A stretch of DNA of 63,164 nucleotides, filler included, from Octopus bimaculoides (GCF_001194135.2; 7 parts of 6 records of this genome joined end to end with filler, not necessarily neighbours in it); one strand, 5' to 3'. Numbered from the whole stretch's first letter, positions 38,660 through 51,083 are shown. Numbers and translations are program-made. The notes: generated by a model not told the origin, from the sequence alone.

Positions 38660-39075
38660 ATTTTTGTACTTGTTTCATTCACTGGACTGCGGCCATGCTT
38701 GTACGTTGCATTGAAGATTTTAGTCGAACAAGTTGACTCCAGGGCGGATGTTTAAGTCTGTCATTTACAGTATCTCACTTATTTGCTGGAATGCTAAATA
38801 ACGGAGGCGTAAACAAACCGACACCTGTTCTCAAGAAGTGTGGCGGCATATAGAAACGGACGGACACACAGACATACACACATACACACACATGCATACA
38901 TACATACATACATACATACATGCATACATACATACATACATGCATGCATAGACGATGGGCTTCTGCGCAGTTTTCCTCTACGATATATACTCACCAGGAA
39001 TTAGTCGGCCCAGGTCTTTTGGAGAAGGTACTCGCCCAAATATTACACTGCTGTACTAAGCCCAAAATTACGTAG
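38660..39075 (-). mobile_element. SINE (major family) with internal (CATA)n
   Basis: gactgcggccatgct...gacgatgggcttc...cagttttcc. Confidence 0.6.
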
Positions 39076-39648
39076 TTACGAAGGGAATCTCAACAACTCA
39101 GTCATACCTGCCCATGAGGTGTATAGAAAGAAAAAAAAACAAAGCTCCTTTTCGTGCCAGATAAACCCATAGCACCTGATTTCCGGTTTCTACGACATAT
39201 ATGACCCATCCTAACTCCACCCACTTGATGGGACGCCGTTCCTTCACAAGATTACTCATTTTTATCAACTGAGTGGATTGGAAATGAAGAGTGTTGCTCA
39301 AGAACAAAGCACTGCCCGGTACATGAATTAAGACCACAGAAATCACGCGAAGATGATTTCAACACCCTAATCATTTAGCCATGTACCTCTAGCACGAGTG
39401 ATATGTTTTCATTAATTGTATATAAAGGAGAGGTCTCATTGGTTTCACTTATTGCTTTCAAATTTTGGCACAAGGCTAGCAATTTCGAGGAAAGGGTTTA
39501 CATCAATTACATTGAGCCCAGTGCTCCATTGGTAGTTGTTTTGCAGACTCCGTAAGGATAAAAGGCAAAGTCGGCCTCGGGAGAATTTGAACTCAGACTA
39601 CAGACGAAATGCCGCGAATATTTTCTGTCGTGTTAAGGGCACCGCCAG

Positions 39649-39914
39649 TGGAAATGCGTGGCTTAGTGATTACGGTGTCAGCACTATGATCGTAAGATTG
39701 TGGTTTCGATTCCTGAACCGGGCGACGCGTTGTGTTCTTGGGCAAAGCCCTTCATTTCACGTTGCTCCTGTCTACTCAGCTGGCAAAAATGAGTAACACT
39801 GCGATGGACTGGCGTCCCGTCCAGCTGGGGAACGCATACGGCATTGAAACCGGGAAACCGGGCCCATGAGCCTGGCTAGGCTTTAAAAGGGCGCATTTAT
39901 TATTTTTATTTTTA
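39649..39914 (+). mobile_element. tRNA-headed SINE nested in another SINE (host ~39460-39940, minus) with a 14-bp TSD
   Basis: aagggcaccgccag at 39635-39648 and 39915-39928; head gtggcttagtg...ggtttcgattcc. Confidence 0.8.
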
Positions 39915-40707
39915 AAGGGCACCGCCAGCTAGCCGCCTCCTTGGCATTAGTTAAACGGGAACATATCTTTCATGCCCAATTATAGAAGTGAATAGAAAAA
40001 TACTTTTCGGACTTTAGCTGTTTACATAATTACAACATAATGTAACAAACTTTTGGATATCTTCTATAAATATGTAGTATAAAAGACAGTAACCGTGATT
40101 AACAAAGTATTAATTAAAGTTGTTAATCAATGATTAATTCTATTAAAGACAGAATGACATTTGGAGCCCAACCGAAGGAAGCAACAATAGGCATGGTTTA
40201 TAAATAGTTAAGTTATTCTTTCCCTCTTCGTCAGACACGTACGTACACGCGCGCGCGTGCAACACACACGCACACATATGCGCATGGGCGCACATGCGTA
40301 CACATCGACTAGTAGCTAATAAAACAAGTGTCAGGTAAACAGCTTCAGTAGCCTAAAGTTGTTACTGCTATAGAGAGCAGTATACTCAGAGCTGAGTGCT
40401 TGTTCCTCATAGCAGAAACTGTTGCAAGCTAATGAAAGTGAATGAAAATCTCCAATACATTTGAAATCCGTTAACTGATATTATGCTCTCTACCATCCTG
40501 ACACTTTACTCTAAACGATAATTATATTGAGTTCTCACAACTAGTTATTAATATCACATCGCCAAAGCGAAATCATAGCGTATATACATATGTGCTAAAA
40601 TAATCTCAGAGATATTCCATCCATAATTAGTTATATTTTGTCGGACTAACGATTACATATTAAACAAGTATGTTTGTCTAACAAGATTGTTGCTTCCGAA
40701 CGACATG

Positions 40708-40984
40708 ATTCCGGGTTCAGTCCAACTATATGCCACTTTGTTCAAGTGTCTTCTTCTACAGCCTTGGGCCTCCAAAGACTTGTGAGTGGATCTGGTAGAT
40801 AAAAACTGATAAGACATATGCTGTATAATCGCATATAAATCTAAACCTATCTACCTATCAATCAATCAATCAATCAATCAATCTATCTATCTATCAATCT
40901 ATCCACTCACAAGTCTTTGGAGGCCCAAGGCTGTAGAAGAAGACACTTGAACAAAGTGGCACATAGTTGGACTGAACCCGGAAT
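40708..40984. repeat. Local inverted duplication of an 84-bp SINE segment (40708-40791 / 40901-40984)
   Basis: Arms are reverse-complementary with one mismatch I could find; the spacer contains (ATCA)/(ATCT)n. Confidence 0.93.
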
Positions 40985-41384
40985 GTAGAAAGGATGGTAC
41001 GTGTGAACGACGGAGCCATCTTGAGCATAACCCTATGAACAAGAAAAAAAAACAAAAAAACAAAAAGGCAAAAGAGAGTCACTTCCTGTTATAGTTTCTT
41101 CAATGAGAATATTGACCAAGGTTACCGTGGTCTTTTCCGTAGGTTTTCCTTCCACGGCTAAACCTAAACTGTCCTCCCCTCTTTTACACGAGAACATTAC
41201 TGTGTGATACACGATCCCTATTGATCGGCCTTTCCTTTTTTTTTTTTTCGATCCCTTTTGATCGACACCACCACCTTTTTTTTTTCCTTCCTTCCCCCTC
41301 CCAAAAAGAAAAGCTCTACATTGTATTTGTCCCATCTTCGTTGAGCCCTGTGTGGCTAATAAAAGAGATGTGTCTATCTATCTA

Positions 41385-41541
41385 TCTAGGAAGGGCGAAT
41401 GGCACCGCGAGTGTCGCGCTGCTCTTCGGCAACTCCAACAACCCGGGTCAACCTTGAGCGACTGCATCACAACTAACGCATTCTATAGTGGATTAGTGGA
41501 GGGAAGGTACGACGACGATCTCGGGGCGAACCTGGGCGTCG
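41385..41541 (+). mobile_element. Probable Tx1/L1 ORF2 C-terminal fragment
   Basis: GC/CpG-rich open frame RKGEWHRECRAALRQL...NAFYSGLVEGRYDDDLGANLGV next to the Tx1 contig; assignment from recalled similarity only. Confidence 0.45.
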
Positions 41542-41641
41542 NNNNNNNNNNNNNNNNNNNNNNNNNNNNNNNNNNNNNNNNNNNNTTAATTAATTAANNN
41601 NNNNNNNNNNNNNNNNNNNNNNNNNNNNNNNNNNNNNNNNN

Positions 41642-42694
41642 GTGGGCATCTACGCACCTAGTAATGCAGGCAAACGGGTTGGCTTCTTTCATCGCCTGGA
41701 GAATTTCCTGGTAACATCAAAGACAGTAGTGGTACTAGGTGACTTCAACGCTATACTGGATGCACGCCTGGATAGCGTGGGCTCAACAGATAGAAAAGGA
41801 AACTCTTGCCTCATCGATCTGCTGAAGCATTTCAGGCTGGCAGATCGATACAGACTTGACCTCCCGAACACTCCAGTGTGGACCTGGACAAGAAGTGACG
41901 GAATGGTCAGGTCTTACATAGACAGGATAGTGGTAAGCACTAGAGATAGACACAGTTTTAGTTGACCACAATTTACATACGTACGCTACACAGATCACAG
42001 GTTAGTGACATGTAGGGTGATTATAGATAAGATACATAGACAGGGATCTGGCTACTGGAAACTGAACAAGACTTTATTGGATTGCGAGGCTTACCGTAGC
42101 CAGATTAAGGAGTTAGTGAAGAGGGCACTTACCGGCGCTGTTATCAACAACCGGTGGTGGAGTGCCCTCAAAAGAGCCCTTCGATTCGAGTCAATTAGAT
42201 TTAGCAAACAGTTAAGTCTAGAACAGACTAGAATAGAAAGGGATTTAGTTAAGGCATTAGACGAGGCATTGAAAACGGTGTTGGCGGTGAGATCGTCACT
42301 GGACCGACACCCCAATGCCAAACACGAAGGATACAGAGTCCGAGCTAGGACACGTGCAATGAACCGTGAAGGTATCAATGTTGCTAGATGGGCTCGCTCG
42401 GAAGAAACCCGTCGTGGCATTGATGCTACGATCGGGTCTTTGACTGATGAATCCGGACAGGAGATCCAAGGACAAGAGATGTGCAAGGCCTTTCACAAGC
42501 ACTTTGCCACGTTGTTTGGGAGGGACGGGACTTTGGCCCATGGGGATGCCTTACGGCATTTTCTGGGCAGCGGCTCGCGTCTTTTGACTCGTGACACTGA
42601 GCACTGCGAGGGACCAATCACAGCCAAGGAGATCAAAGAGGTGCTGTCCGAGAGCCCCGGGGTCAAGTCGCCGGGTCTGGATGGTCTGCCCTAC
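41642..42694 (+). mobile_element. Tx1/L1-clade LINE ORF2 fragment (APE endonuclease to RT start), with at least one in-frame stop
   Basis: IYAP...VVLGDFNAILD...WTW...SYIDRI...TDHRLV, GSGYWKLNKTLL, KSPGLDGLPY. Confidence 0.92.
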
Positions 42695-42872
42695 NNNNNN
42701 NNNNNNNNNNNNNNNNNNNNNNNNNNNNNNNNNNNNNNNNNNNNNNNNNNNNNNNNNNNNNNNNNNNNNNNNNNNNNNNNNNNNNNNNNNNNNNNNNNNN
42801 NNNNNNNNNNNNNNNNNNNNNNNNNNNNNNNNNNNNGCCCATAACTCTGTTAGACACAGAGTTAAAGATTTT

Positions 42873-43203
42873 GGCAGTTTCCGTAAAAAGTGTTGGGCTA
42901 GGGAAGCGGGAAAGGACGCGAAAGAGACAGAGAGAGTACGATTTCTTTTGAAGTTGGCATGCTAACAGTGTCCGTGTGGTAAGCAGCAAGCAACAAGCAA
43001 TCTCCCTCCCTTACACACACATGCCAGTTATCTCTCACCTTCTCTCTCTGGCATGTGTGTGTAAGGGAGGGAGATTGCTTGTTGTTTGCTGCTTACCACA
43101 CAACCACTGTTAGCATGCCAACTTCAAAAGAAATCATGCTCTCTCTATATGTTTCGCATCCTCTTCCCACTTCCCTAACCCAACACTTTTTATGGAAACT
43201 GCC
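42873..43203. repeat. Foldback with ~155-bp arms and ~20-nt loop (MITE-like)
   Basis: ggcagtttccgtaaaaagtgttggg...catgccag / ctggcatg...cccaacactttttatggaaactgcc. Confidence 0.93.
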
Positions 43204-44819
43204 GAATTGATGTAAATAAAGAGATGACAAAAAAAGGACTAGTATCTCTTTATTCATCTTTACCGGTTGTGTCTCTCTCTTTTCCTTGTTGGCACTTCCT
43301 CACATTCACATGTGAGTTCACTTATATTATTATATTTGTGTTGACCGTGCGACGCGTTAAAAGGAGCCGTTCCATTTGTCACCATTCTCCTTGGTTCGTA
43401 CGGTCTTTCTACAGGGTCGATGTTGTAGATGTTCTTAGTTTTATCCAAGTGTGTTAGTTTCTATTTTTTGTATCAAGATCACGAATCAGGTTCTTAAGCT
43501 TTCTCTGGTACGGGCTGTATCTGAGGGGGTAGTTCTTAAATTTAATGTTCTTAATGATATTTCATGGTTCTTGTTCAAAATTATCTAGGTCCTTGTTCGT
43601 TGGTGATGTTTTTTTTAGATTTAAAGATGTGCTTGGTAAATTCATTCATTTCTGTGTTACTGGTATTTGAAGTGTTTGTAGTGTTATAAGTGTTTAAATC
43701 CAACTGTGATAGTTTCCTTTCGTGGTGGTATACTTTCCATTGTAGCCTATGACTGAATTCATTAATTCTAAAAATGATTTACTGAGACAGAACAATAGTA
43801 AGCATTTGGATATAAATACATAGGTATACATCCAGTAGTATAAAAAGTTATCTATTTAACTAAATGTAATAAAATTCTTGATTATTTTGAACATTTACTG
43901 AATTAGAGAGTCATTAGAAATTTGGTGGTGAAAGAGTTTTAAGACACATGATTATGGCAGCAACATACAAAAGTTTATGGATGCAGAACAAATCAGTCCA
44001 TGTGTCTGTGTAGACACAAAAGCAGGAGTAGGTGTGCACACACACACACACACACACGTGCACGCACACAAACAATTTTGTCATTTGAGATGTTTTTTAA
44101 CATTCCTGTTATTTCATATTTGCATCAAACTGTTGTATTTGAAAGTTTCAAAAACTGTTTATTACATTTCATAGAAAATCAACACCTCTAATGAATTAAA
44201 TTCACATGATTAAAAAGAAGTTAGAAAATTAGATGTTCACATAGCTTTAATGAAAAAAATATATTAGGTATCATATACAAAAATATGTTACAATCTTAGT
44301 ATAACAAAAAATCTCTTATTAGATTTGTAGAAAAGTAAATCAAAAGTAGCAAATAAAACAAGCATTGATTTGCTATAAAGAATTCATGGCAGACACAAAA
44401 TATCAATTCTTTCTAGTTTTGGCAAAAGGCCAGCAATTTTAGGGGAAAAGTGTTAGTTGATTACACTAACCCTAGTACTAAACTAATACTTATTTTGTTG
44501 ACTCTAAAAAAATGAAAGGCAACGTCAAAGATGAAGAGCTAGAAAAAATGTCCAGTAAGGTAAAAATTTAGCCAGCTGACCACCATAATAATAGTTTCTG
44601 ATTTCGGCACAAGGCTAACAATGTTGAAGAGAGAGGGTTAATCAAAATCACTGACCCCAGTACTTGACTGGTACACATTTTACTGATCCTGAATTTATAC
44701 TATAATGAAGAAAACTGCTTATTAATTAGTTAAGAGTATGTTAACTTTTACTAAAAGAAAACAATCCATAAAGTTTACACTCTCTAGTAAATCTTTAAAA
44801 ATTCCTATTGGTGTTATAA

Positions 44820-44990
44820 GTATGCTAACCTGACAGAATTGTTAGCATACTGGACAAAATGCTTAGCAGCATTTTATCCCATCTTTACACTCTGAGTTAA
44901 AATTCCAACAAGGTCAACTTTGCCTTTTATCCTTTCAGGATCGATAAAATAAATACCAAATGGGTACTGGGATTGATGTAATTGACTTAC
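44820..44990 (+). mobile_element. SINE (second family), degenerate
   Basis: ctggacaaaatgcttagc...ctgagttaaaattcc...ctttgccttttatcctttcagg. Confidence 0.55.
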
Positions 44991-46760
44991 CATAGCCACT
45001 ACCACAGTATATATACATGGGAGTGTGGGTGAGTGTACACAGAAGCAGGAATAGGTGCACAGACACACACACACACACACTATAATGCACACATACAAAC
45101 ATACAAATGCAAATGTATTCATAGCACTGCACATCCACACATGTACACAGACACACACACACATGCAGACATACTGATGAAGATACTCATATGACTATAT
45201 TACATATGCATACCCATGCATAAAAATGCACACATGTAAGGAAACACTGCCATACATATACAAACATACACTCACTCACAGAACTGACTTAACCACACAC
45301 ACACACAAGCTCACTTACACGTGCACAAGCCCAACTCCCTTCAATTCCCTCCCCCTCCTTTAATAGGGAACTCAATGAACCCATAAATCTTTATGAGATG
45401 ACAAACAAGTAGATTTGAAATAAAACTGACCTGGTATAGAGAGGCCAGGTCACTAATGGCCAATGCATACATGATCTTAAGTCTGCTCAATGAAGGTTAA
45501 TTTGGGATTAAAAAGTAACAATATAGCGACATGAGACTGGCCACTCAGTTGGCTATACATCAGTCAACAAATCAGTCATTTGAACCTTATCACAAATACA
45601 GTTTAATTTTATGTCATATCCTCCAGAATCACTGACACACACCCAAACTATAGCACACCCTCCAAAAACTACTATGACACTACAAATTATAAATTTGTGC
45701 TGATTTGATTGTGTTAGGATTCCTTTTCAAAGAGAAAGTTAATTATATTTGCAAAAATAGCCATATATTTGTAGGATAGGTGGATGAGTTGCAGTATGTA
45801 ATTACTGTTTATTTTATTAACTACTAGGATTTGAACTTAGTCTGATGCCTTAACATTTCTATCTATCTTCACTTCCTTTGCATTAGTTAATAATGATTCC
45901 TCACATTAACCTGCTGAAATCATTTCTGGTTCCATAATATAAACTCCCTGTTTTAAAATTGTCTTGATTAAAACCTTCCATTTCATACTACTTTATGTTC
46001 CAAACACCAGCTTAACAATGGCAAAGTTATTTTGATAAATTCTCTATTATTTTCAAAACAAATTGAAACAAAGACTGTGTATTTCAATAGAAATATGGTA
46101 ATGAAATGGTTAACTGAAGGCCATAATTTGCAGTGGGTGATTGAAGCGATAACATCAGTACCTCTTCAGTAATTATATTTTATTGATCTATAGACTAAAT
46201 CTATCAAAGAAATACTGGGAATATAAAGACTCATTGCTAAATATTGCAATGCACTTTGGGTGGTTTGGACAACAATCTATCTCAGCTTTGCCATTTGTTG
46301 TCATCTCTTATTTTGATACAAAGAAACAAAACTATCAGTCTGTTCTTTGTGTACAACATTGTGATTTCTAACATATATTTGGGGTGAGGTGACAGTGTAA
46401 GCTAGGGTATGTTCATATCAGTACTTGATTGGTTCCACCACCACTTCTCAGAGTAAGGAAAAACAAAGACAGCACAGAGGAGATTTGAACTCAAAATATT
46501 AAGTGATCCAATATTAAGGTATTTCTCTGACACTCAAATAATAGCACCAGATTTTACCTCATAATCTGATAGCAGGTAGTACAATACCTAATCCGCTTGG
46601 GGATTACTTTCTACAGCATCTTGCAATTTGCTGTCTCTTGTAATCAACATAGTAACTCAGTTTTCTTATTGGAGATGCCACATGATTTATTGTTTGCTGG
46701 ATATCTGTATATGCATATATATATATGGTGTGTATTTTTTACGTATATAGAAGATAGATT

Positions 46761-46821
<61 letters not shown>

Positions 46822-46825
<4 letters not shown>

Positions 46826-47696
46826 TCCCATAAATAATGTGATTTTTTATACTTCTTTTCTAAGCAAAGTTCTTTTTTAATCTAAAAGATACTCTCCTTC
46901 ATTTTCTACAATGCTCTTCCATCTATCTGGTAGACTTGCAAGGCCCCGCTTCCAAAATTCACTTATCTGTGATGAAAAATACTCCTCCAGTACTGTTCTG
47001 ACATCATCTACAAAATTCATATTTTTTCCCTTCAAATGATTTTGAAGACTGTGGAATAAATGATAATCAGATGGGGTAATGTCTGGCGAATATGGCAGGT
47101 GGGGCATCATTTCCCATTCAAACTGCTCCAGCCTTTGAAATGTCATCTTCACTGTATGGTCATTTTTCTTCTAGCACTGACTTAAGCCTCTCAAGCTGCT
47201 TGCAGATCTCCTTTGTTATCATTTGGTTTGGGTTTAAAAGTTCAAAGTGGACTAAACCTTTCATATTCCATCAAACAGATAACAACACCATATGTGGTTC
47301 AAGGTCTTCTTTAGCCTGGGGTGCCAGTGTTTATCCTTTCCCTACCCACTATCGTCAGTGCTTGATGTTTTTATAAAGAACCCATTTCTCGTCACTATTT
47401 GGTTCAAAAAAGGTTTATTCATGAGACGTGACAGCAAAGAAGAGTACACATTCACTCTCTGTGCATGATTAGACTTGTGAGGAACCCTTTGACCCAATTT
47501 GCTGACTTTTCTGATGAGATGCAGGTGTCAATGAATGATTGAATGACCAAATCCAAGCTTCTCTACTAGTTCCTCAACAGTTACAATGGGATTTTGTTTC
47601 ACCAGGGTTTGCAGGACATTCTCGTCAAGCTCTACAGATTGTCCAAGATGAGGCTTGTCTTCTAGGCTGTAGTTTCCGGCTTGGAATTTCTGGAAC
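46822..47696 (-). mobile_element. Mariner transposon, 3' part (decayed transposase, left TIR 46822-46847)
   Basis: QKFQAGNYSLEDKP..., SDEKWVLYKN, WNMKGLVHFELL, HLPYSPDITPSDYHLFHSLQNHL; TIR atcatcccataaataatg next to (TA)n. Confidence 0.93.
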
Positions 47697-48114
47697 TGTG
47701 GAATGACATCAGTGGCTGGGGAGCTGACCAGAACTTGAGAGCTGACCAGAAGAGGAAGGGCACATGCACAGGCGGGGGATGATTGCACCCTTTTCGATCG
47801 GGGAAGCTGCGAGTGTTGGACGTGTGATTGCTTCGACAAGGTGAGGGATAGCAGCTGCTATTTTTAGAGTTTCAGACTGCTATTTTTAGTGTTCGTAAGT
47901 GGGTTCCATGATGATGTAGGGATTCAACTGCAGCAATTGCCCAGGGGCAAAAAGATGGCACTGAGCGAACTTGTGGCTCAAGCTCATGTGTTGACATGAA
48001 ACACTGGATGGAAGGCGATAGCGATGGAGGTAACGGAGGCACATAAAGATAGACGATGGCCGGAGAAAGATGTGAAGAAGCCTACCATGCAATGACAGTA
48101 GCTATTCTCAGGCT

Positions 48115-48400
48115 GGTGTTTTAAATGTCAGGGGTCACACATGGCGAGGGAATGTATGCAACCGGGGCCCGTCTGCTATTGATGCAGGCAGACAAGGCAC
48201 ATCGCCCATGATTGTGACCAGGGAAATGACCATGGGGAAGTTGCTGCCTCTCAAACTTTCCCCGCAAACGAGTAGAGGCGCTTTTGGAGACGCTGCCCAT
48301 AATTGATGTTGAGGCCGAGGGAAAGACATTCAAGCCCCTCATGGGTACGGGTTGCACGACCACCCTTGTGACTCCAAGGATGATGAAGAAATGGAATCGC
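48115..48400 (+). pseudogene. Gypsy gag zinc knuckles and aspartic protease remnant
   Basis: CFKCQGSHMAREC...CY*CRQTRHIAHDC; LMGTGCTTTLV corresponds to a D(S/T)G motif with the Asp lost. Confidence 0.8.
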
Positions 48401-48789
48401 AGTCGACGGCAGCAAAATCCAATGCAAGAGCAGCAGCAATGTAGAGATAGCGGTGTGAGGCACGACACTAAGGCTGCAAGTAATTGTGATCGAACACGTG
48501 ATAGATGGGGTTGATGTGGTGATGGGGATGGATGCCATCAACCGCCTCGGTGGTGTCAGTATTGCAGGAGATGAGGTCACGTTCAGAAGCGTGGGGGCGT
48601 TGTGCGCTGTGAGTCAGGATTGCCAGAGAGAGCAGAGGACAAGAATTTTCAGGTGGTGTTTGATGGTCAGCGGTGGACGATAGAGTGGCAATGGAAAAAC
48701 GAGCCCCCGATGCTGAAGAATAGGGTGAGCTGCTACCAGCATACCCTGAAAGGTCAAGCCAAGGTTGAGTTCGAAGACGAGGTAGAGAG

Positions 48790-50455
48790 ATGGATCAAGT
48801 GCTTAAGTCCATCCTAGGGAATGAGGACAAGATAAGAAAGGCCACCAGTTCCTACATAGATGATATTTTGGTGGACAAGACTGTAGTGCCAGCCAATGAG
48901 GTAGTACCAGCTAAGTTCGGGCAGATTGCAAAGCCACCAGAGTCGATGGCGGGGGGGAGCTGCGCTGGGGCTGAAGCTACGAAGAGATAGATCGGGTGAG
49001 TTGGTGTTCCGGAGAGGAAATGAAATCCCAGAGCTGAGTTCCAGCGTCAGCAGGAGAGAGCTGTTCTCGGTGTGTAGGAAGTTGGTTGGTCACTACCCGA
49101 TCGCTGGATGGCTGCGCACAGCATGCAGTTACACAAAGAGACAAGCGGAGGGGAAGAGCTGGGGCGACAATGTGGGAGAAGGGATGGTGGCAATGATGCA
49201 GGAAATCCTAGAGAGGACAGGAGCAGAAGACCCGGTCAGGGGGAACTGGTATGTGCCCAAGATGGAATGCAGGACCATTTGGTATGATGGTAGGGGTTGC
49301 ATTGGAGATCGAAGTGGGTGAACTTGGCCCTGAAAAGAGGGCTGCGCTCAATCGAAATCCAGACAGATTCGGCCACTGTGCTGGTTGGGTAGGATCAGTG
49401 ATCACCGGTGAGAGGAAAGTTCAGACAAAAGGTGCCATGGAGATGTTGGTGAAGCGCCGCTTAGGAGTTCTAAGAGAGCTGATTGCTGAGTTCAGACTGA
49501 AGCTGAATGTAGTTTTTGTGCCTTCAGAGAGAAACAGGGCAGACGCACTGACCAGGGTGAAAAGAGCATGGTTGGAGGAGCTGGAGGAGGCAAAGAAAGA
49601 GATAGCTGTGGCATGTCAGTTGGATGACTCTGAACTGAAGAGACTACATGCTATGCATCACTTGGGGATGGATAGGACCCTGTATCTCGCAAAGATGATT
49701 GATGCTGATGTCACTAGGAGAAGCATCGGGAAAGTGGTTGGGAGCTGTGACAGGTGCCAGTCCATTGACTCTATTCCATGTGGGCATGAGCAAGGAAACC
49801 TTTCAGTGGAGCACAACTGGAAGAGACTAGCTGTGGATGTGATGCACTACCATCAGGGAATGTATCTCTCCATAGTCGACTGCGGGCCAGGCCGGATAGC
49901 CATTTGGAGGGAGTTGAGGATGGGCATTACTGACGAGATTGTGCAGATTTTGAACGGGAATTTTTTAGAGAGGGGTCCTGTGGAAGAACTGCTAATGGAC
50001 AATGGGGCGGCATTTTGTTCGGAAGCGTTGAGGGATATGCTTAACTGGTGGAAAGTGTGTCGCTTCTTCAGAGCAGCGTATAGGCCAAGTGGTAACGGAA
50101 TCATAGAGAGGCACCATCGAACAATCAAGGCCATAGTGGAATGAGAGCACATTTCGCCACTGGAGTTAGTTTTCTGATATAACATGTCTCCCCGATCTAG
50201 ACAAGCTGAAGAATCTGTGTCACACAGAGCAGTATTCAAGTACGAATGAAGGCATCCCAATAAAGCACTGGAGTGTTACGAGGAAGAGAAGGAACCCACC
50301 TGTGTGAAAATAGGGGAGGAAGTCTGGGTTAAGCCACCAAAGGTGCGCTGTACATCTCAGTGGAGCCGAGGAATGGTGATGACGGTCAATTCCAGAAACA
50401 ACGTCTCCATGGATAGAATGTCGCAACACATTTTGGACCTTTGCACGATTGTAGA
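48790..50455 (+). pseudogene. Gypsy pol remnant: partial RT (YIDD at 48853-48864), RNase H-like region, integrase
   Basis: LHAMHHLG...CDRC zinc finger, WKRLAVD, LLMDNGAAF, GNGIIERHHRTIK; frameshifts and stops; RT N-terminal part missing. Confidence 0.9.
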
Positions 50456-50835
50456 GAGGAGAATGAGGTGCCTAGCTTGAGGAGATCTTGACATGCAAGG
50501 CACCCACCCAGTGGAGTATGGGGGATGTGATCTTTAAGATCAGGGTGGCATGTGAGATGATGTCAGCGGCTGGGGAGCTGACTGGAATTTGGAAGCTGAC
50601 CGGAAGAGGAAAAGCGCGCAAGTGACACTCGCACAAGTGTGGAGCAATTGCGCCCTTTTCGATCGGGTAAGCCACGAGTGCTGGACATGTGAGCGCTTCG
50701 ACAAGGTGATAAATAGCAGCTGCTATTTTTAGCGTTTCAGGACGGGCTATGTGGAATGGTATGTTACCACCGGAGATGTATGCGTCAACGAAGAGAAGGT
50801 AAGTGTCTTACATCTAATCTCCCGCATTCACCACA

Positions 50836-51083
50836 GGAACCACCATTGACACTGGCTTATGCTTATAGTCCGATGCATTAATATCCCTCGCATTTTCCGT
50901 TGTGTTGTTGCTTTTATTGAACTCATAACGCAAAATATGCTGAATATGCTTCTTTGTCACATCCATTGTAGATTTGAAAAAATAACTGTTAAAATCAAAC
51001 TGCATTCTTCAAAACTTGCACTAAAAATAAGTACTTTTAGTTCAGGCAATTGAAAAAACCGCATCATTTATGGGATGACCAAA
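50836..51083 (-). mobile_element. Mariner transposon, 5' part (N-terminus and right TIR)
   Basis: MDVTKKHIQHILRYEFNKSNNTTENARDIN; ...SQCQWWF joins FQKFQAG across the TSD; TIR catcatttatgggatgacc matches the left TIR. Confidence 0.92.

Larger units (their letters stand above)
47697..50835 (+). mobile_element. Decayed Gypsy/Ty3 LTR retrotransposon inserted in the mariner, TSD GGAAC
   Basis: TG...CA ends; ggaac at 47692-47696 and 50836-50840; homologous LTR segments 47697-47875 and 50551-50740; domain order gag knuckles, protease, RT, integrase. Confidence 0.92.
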
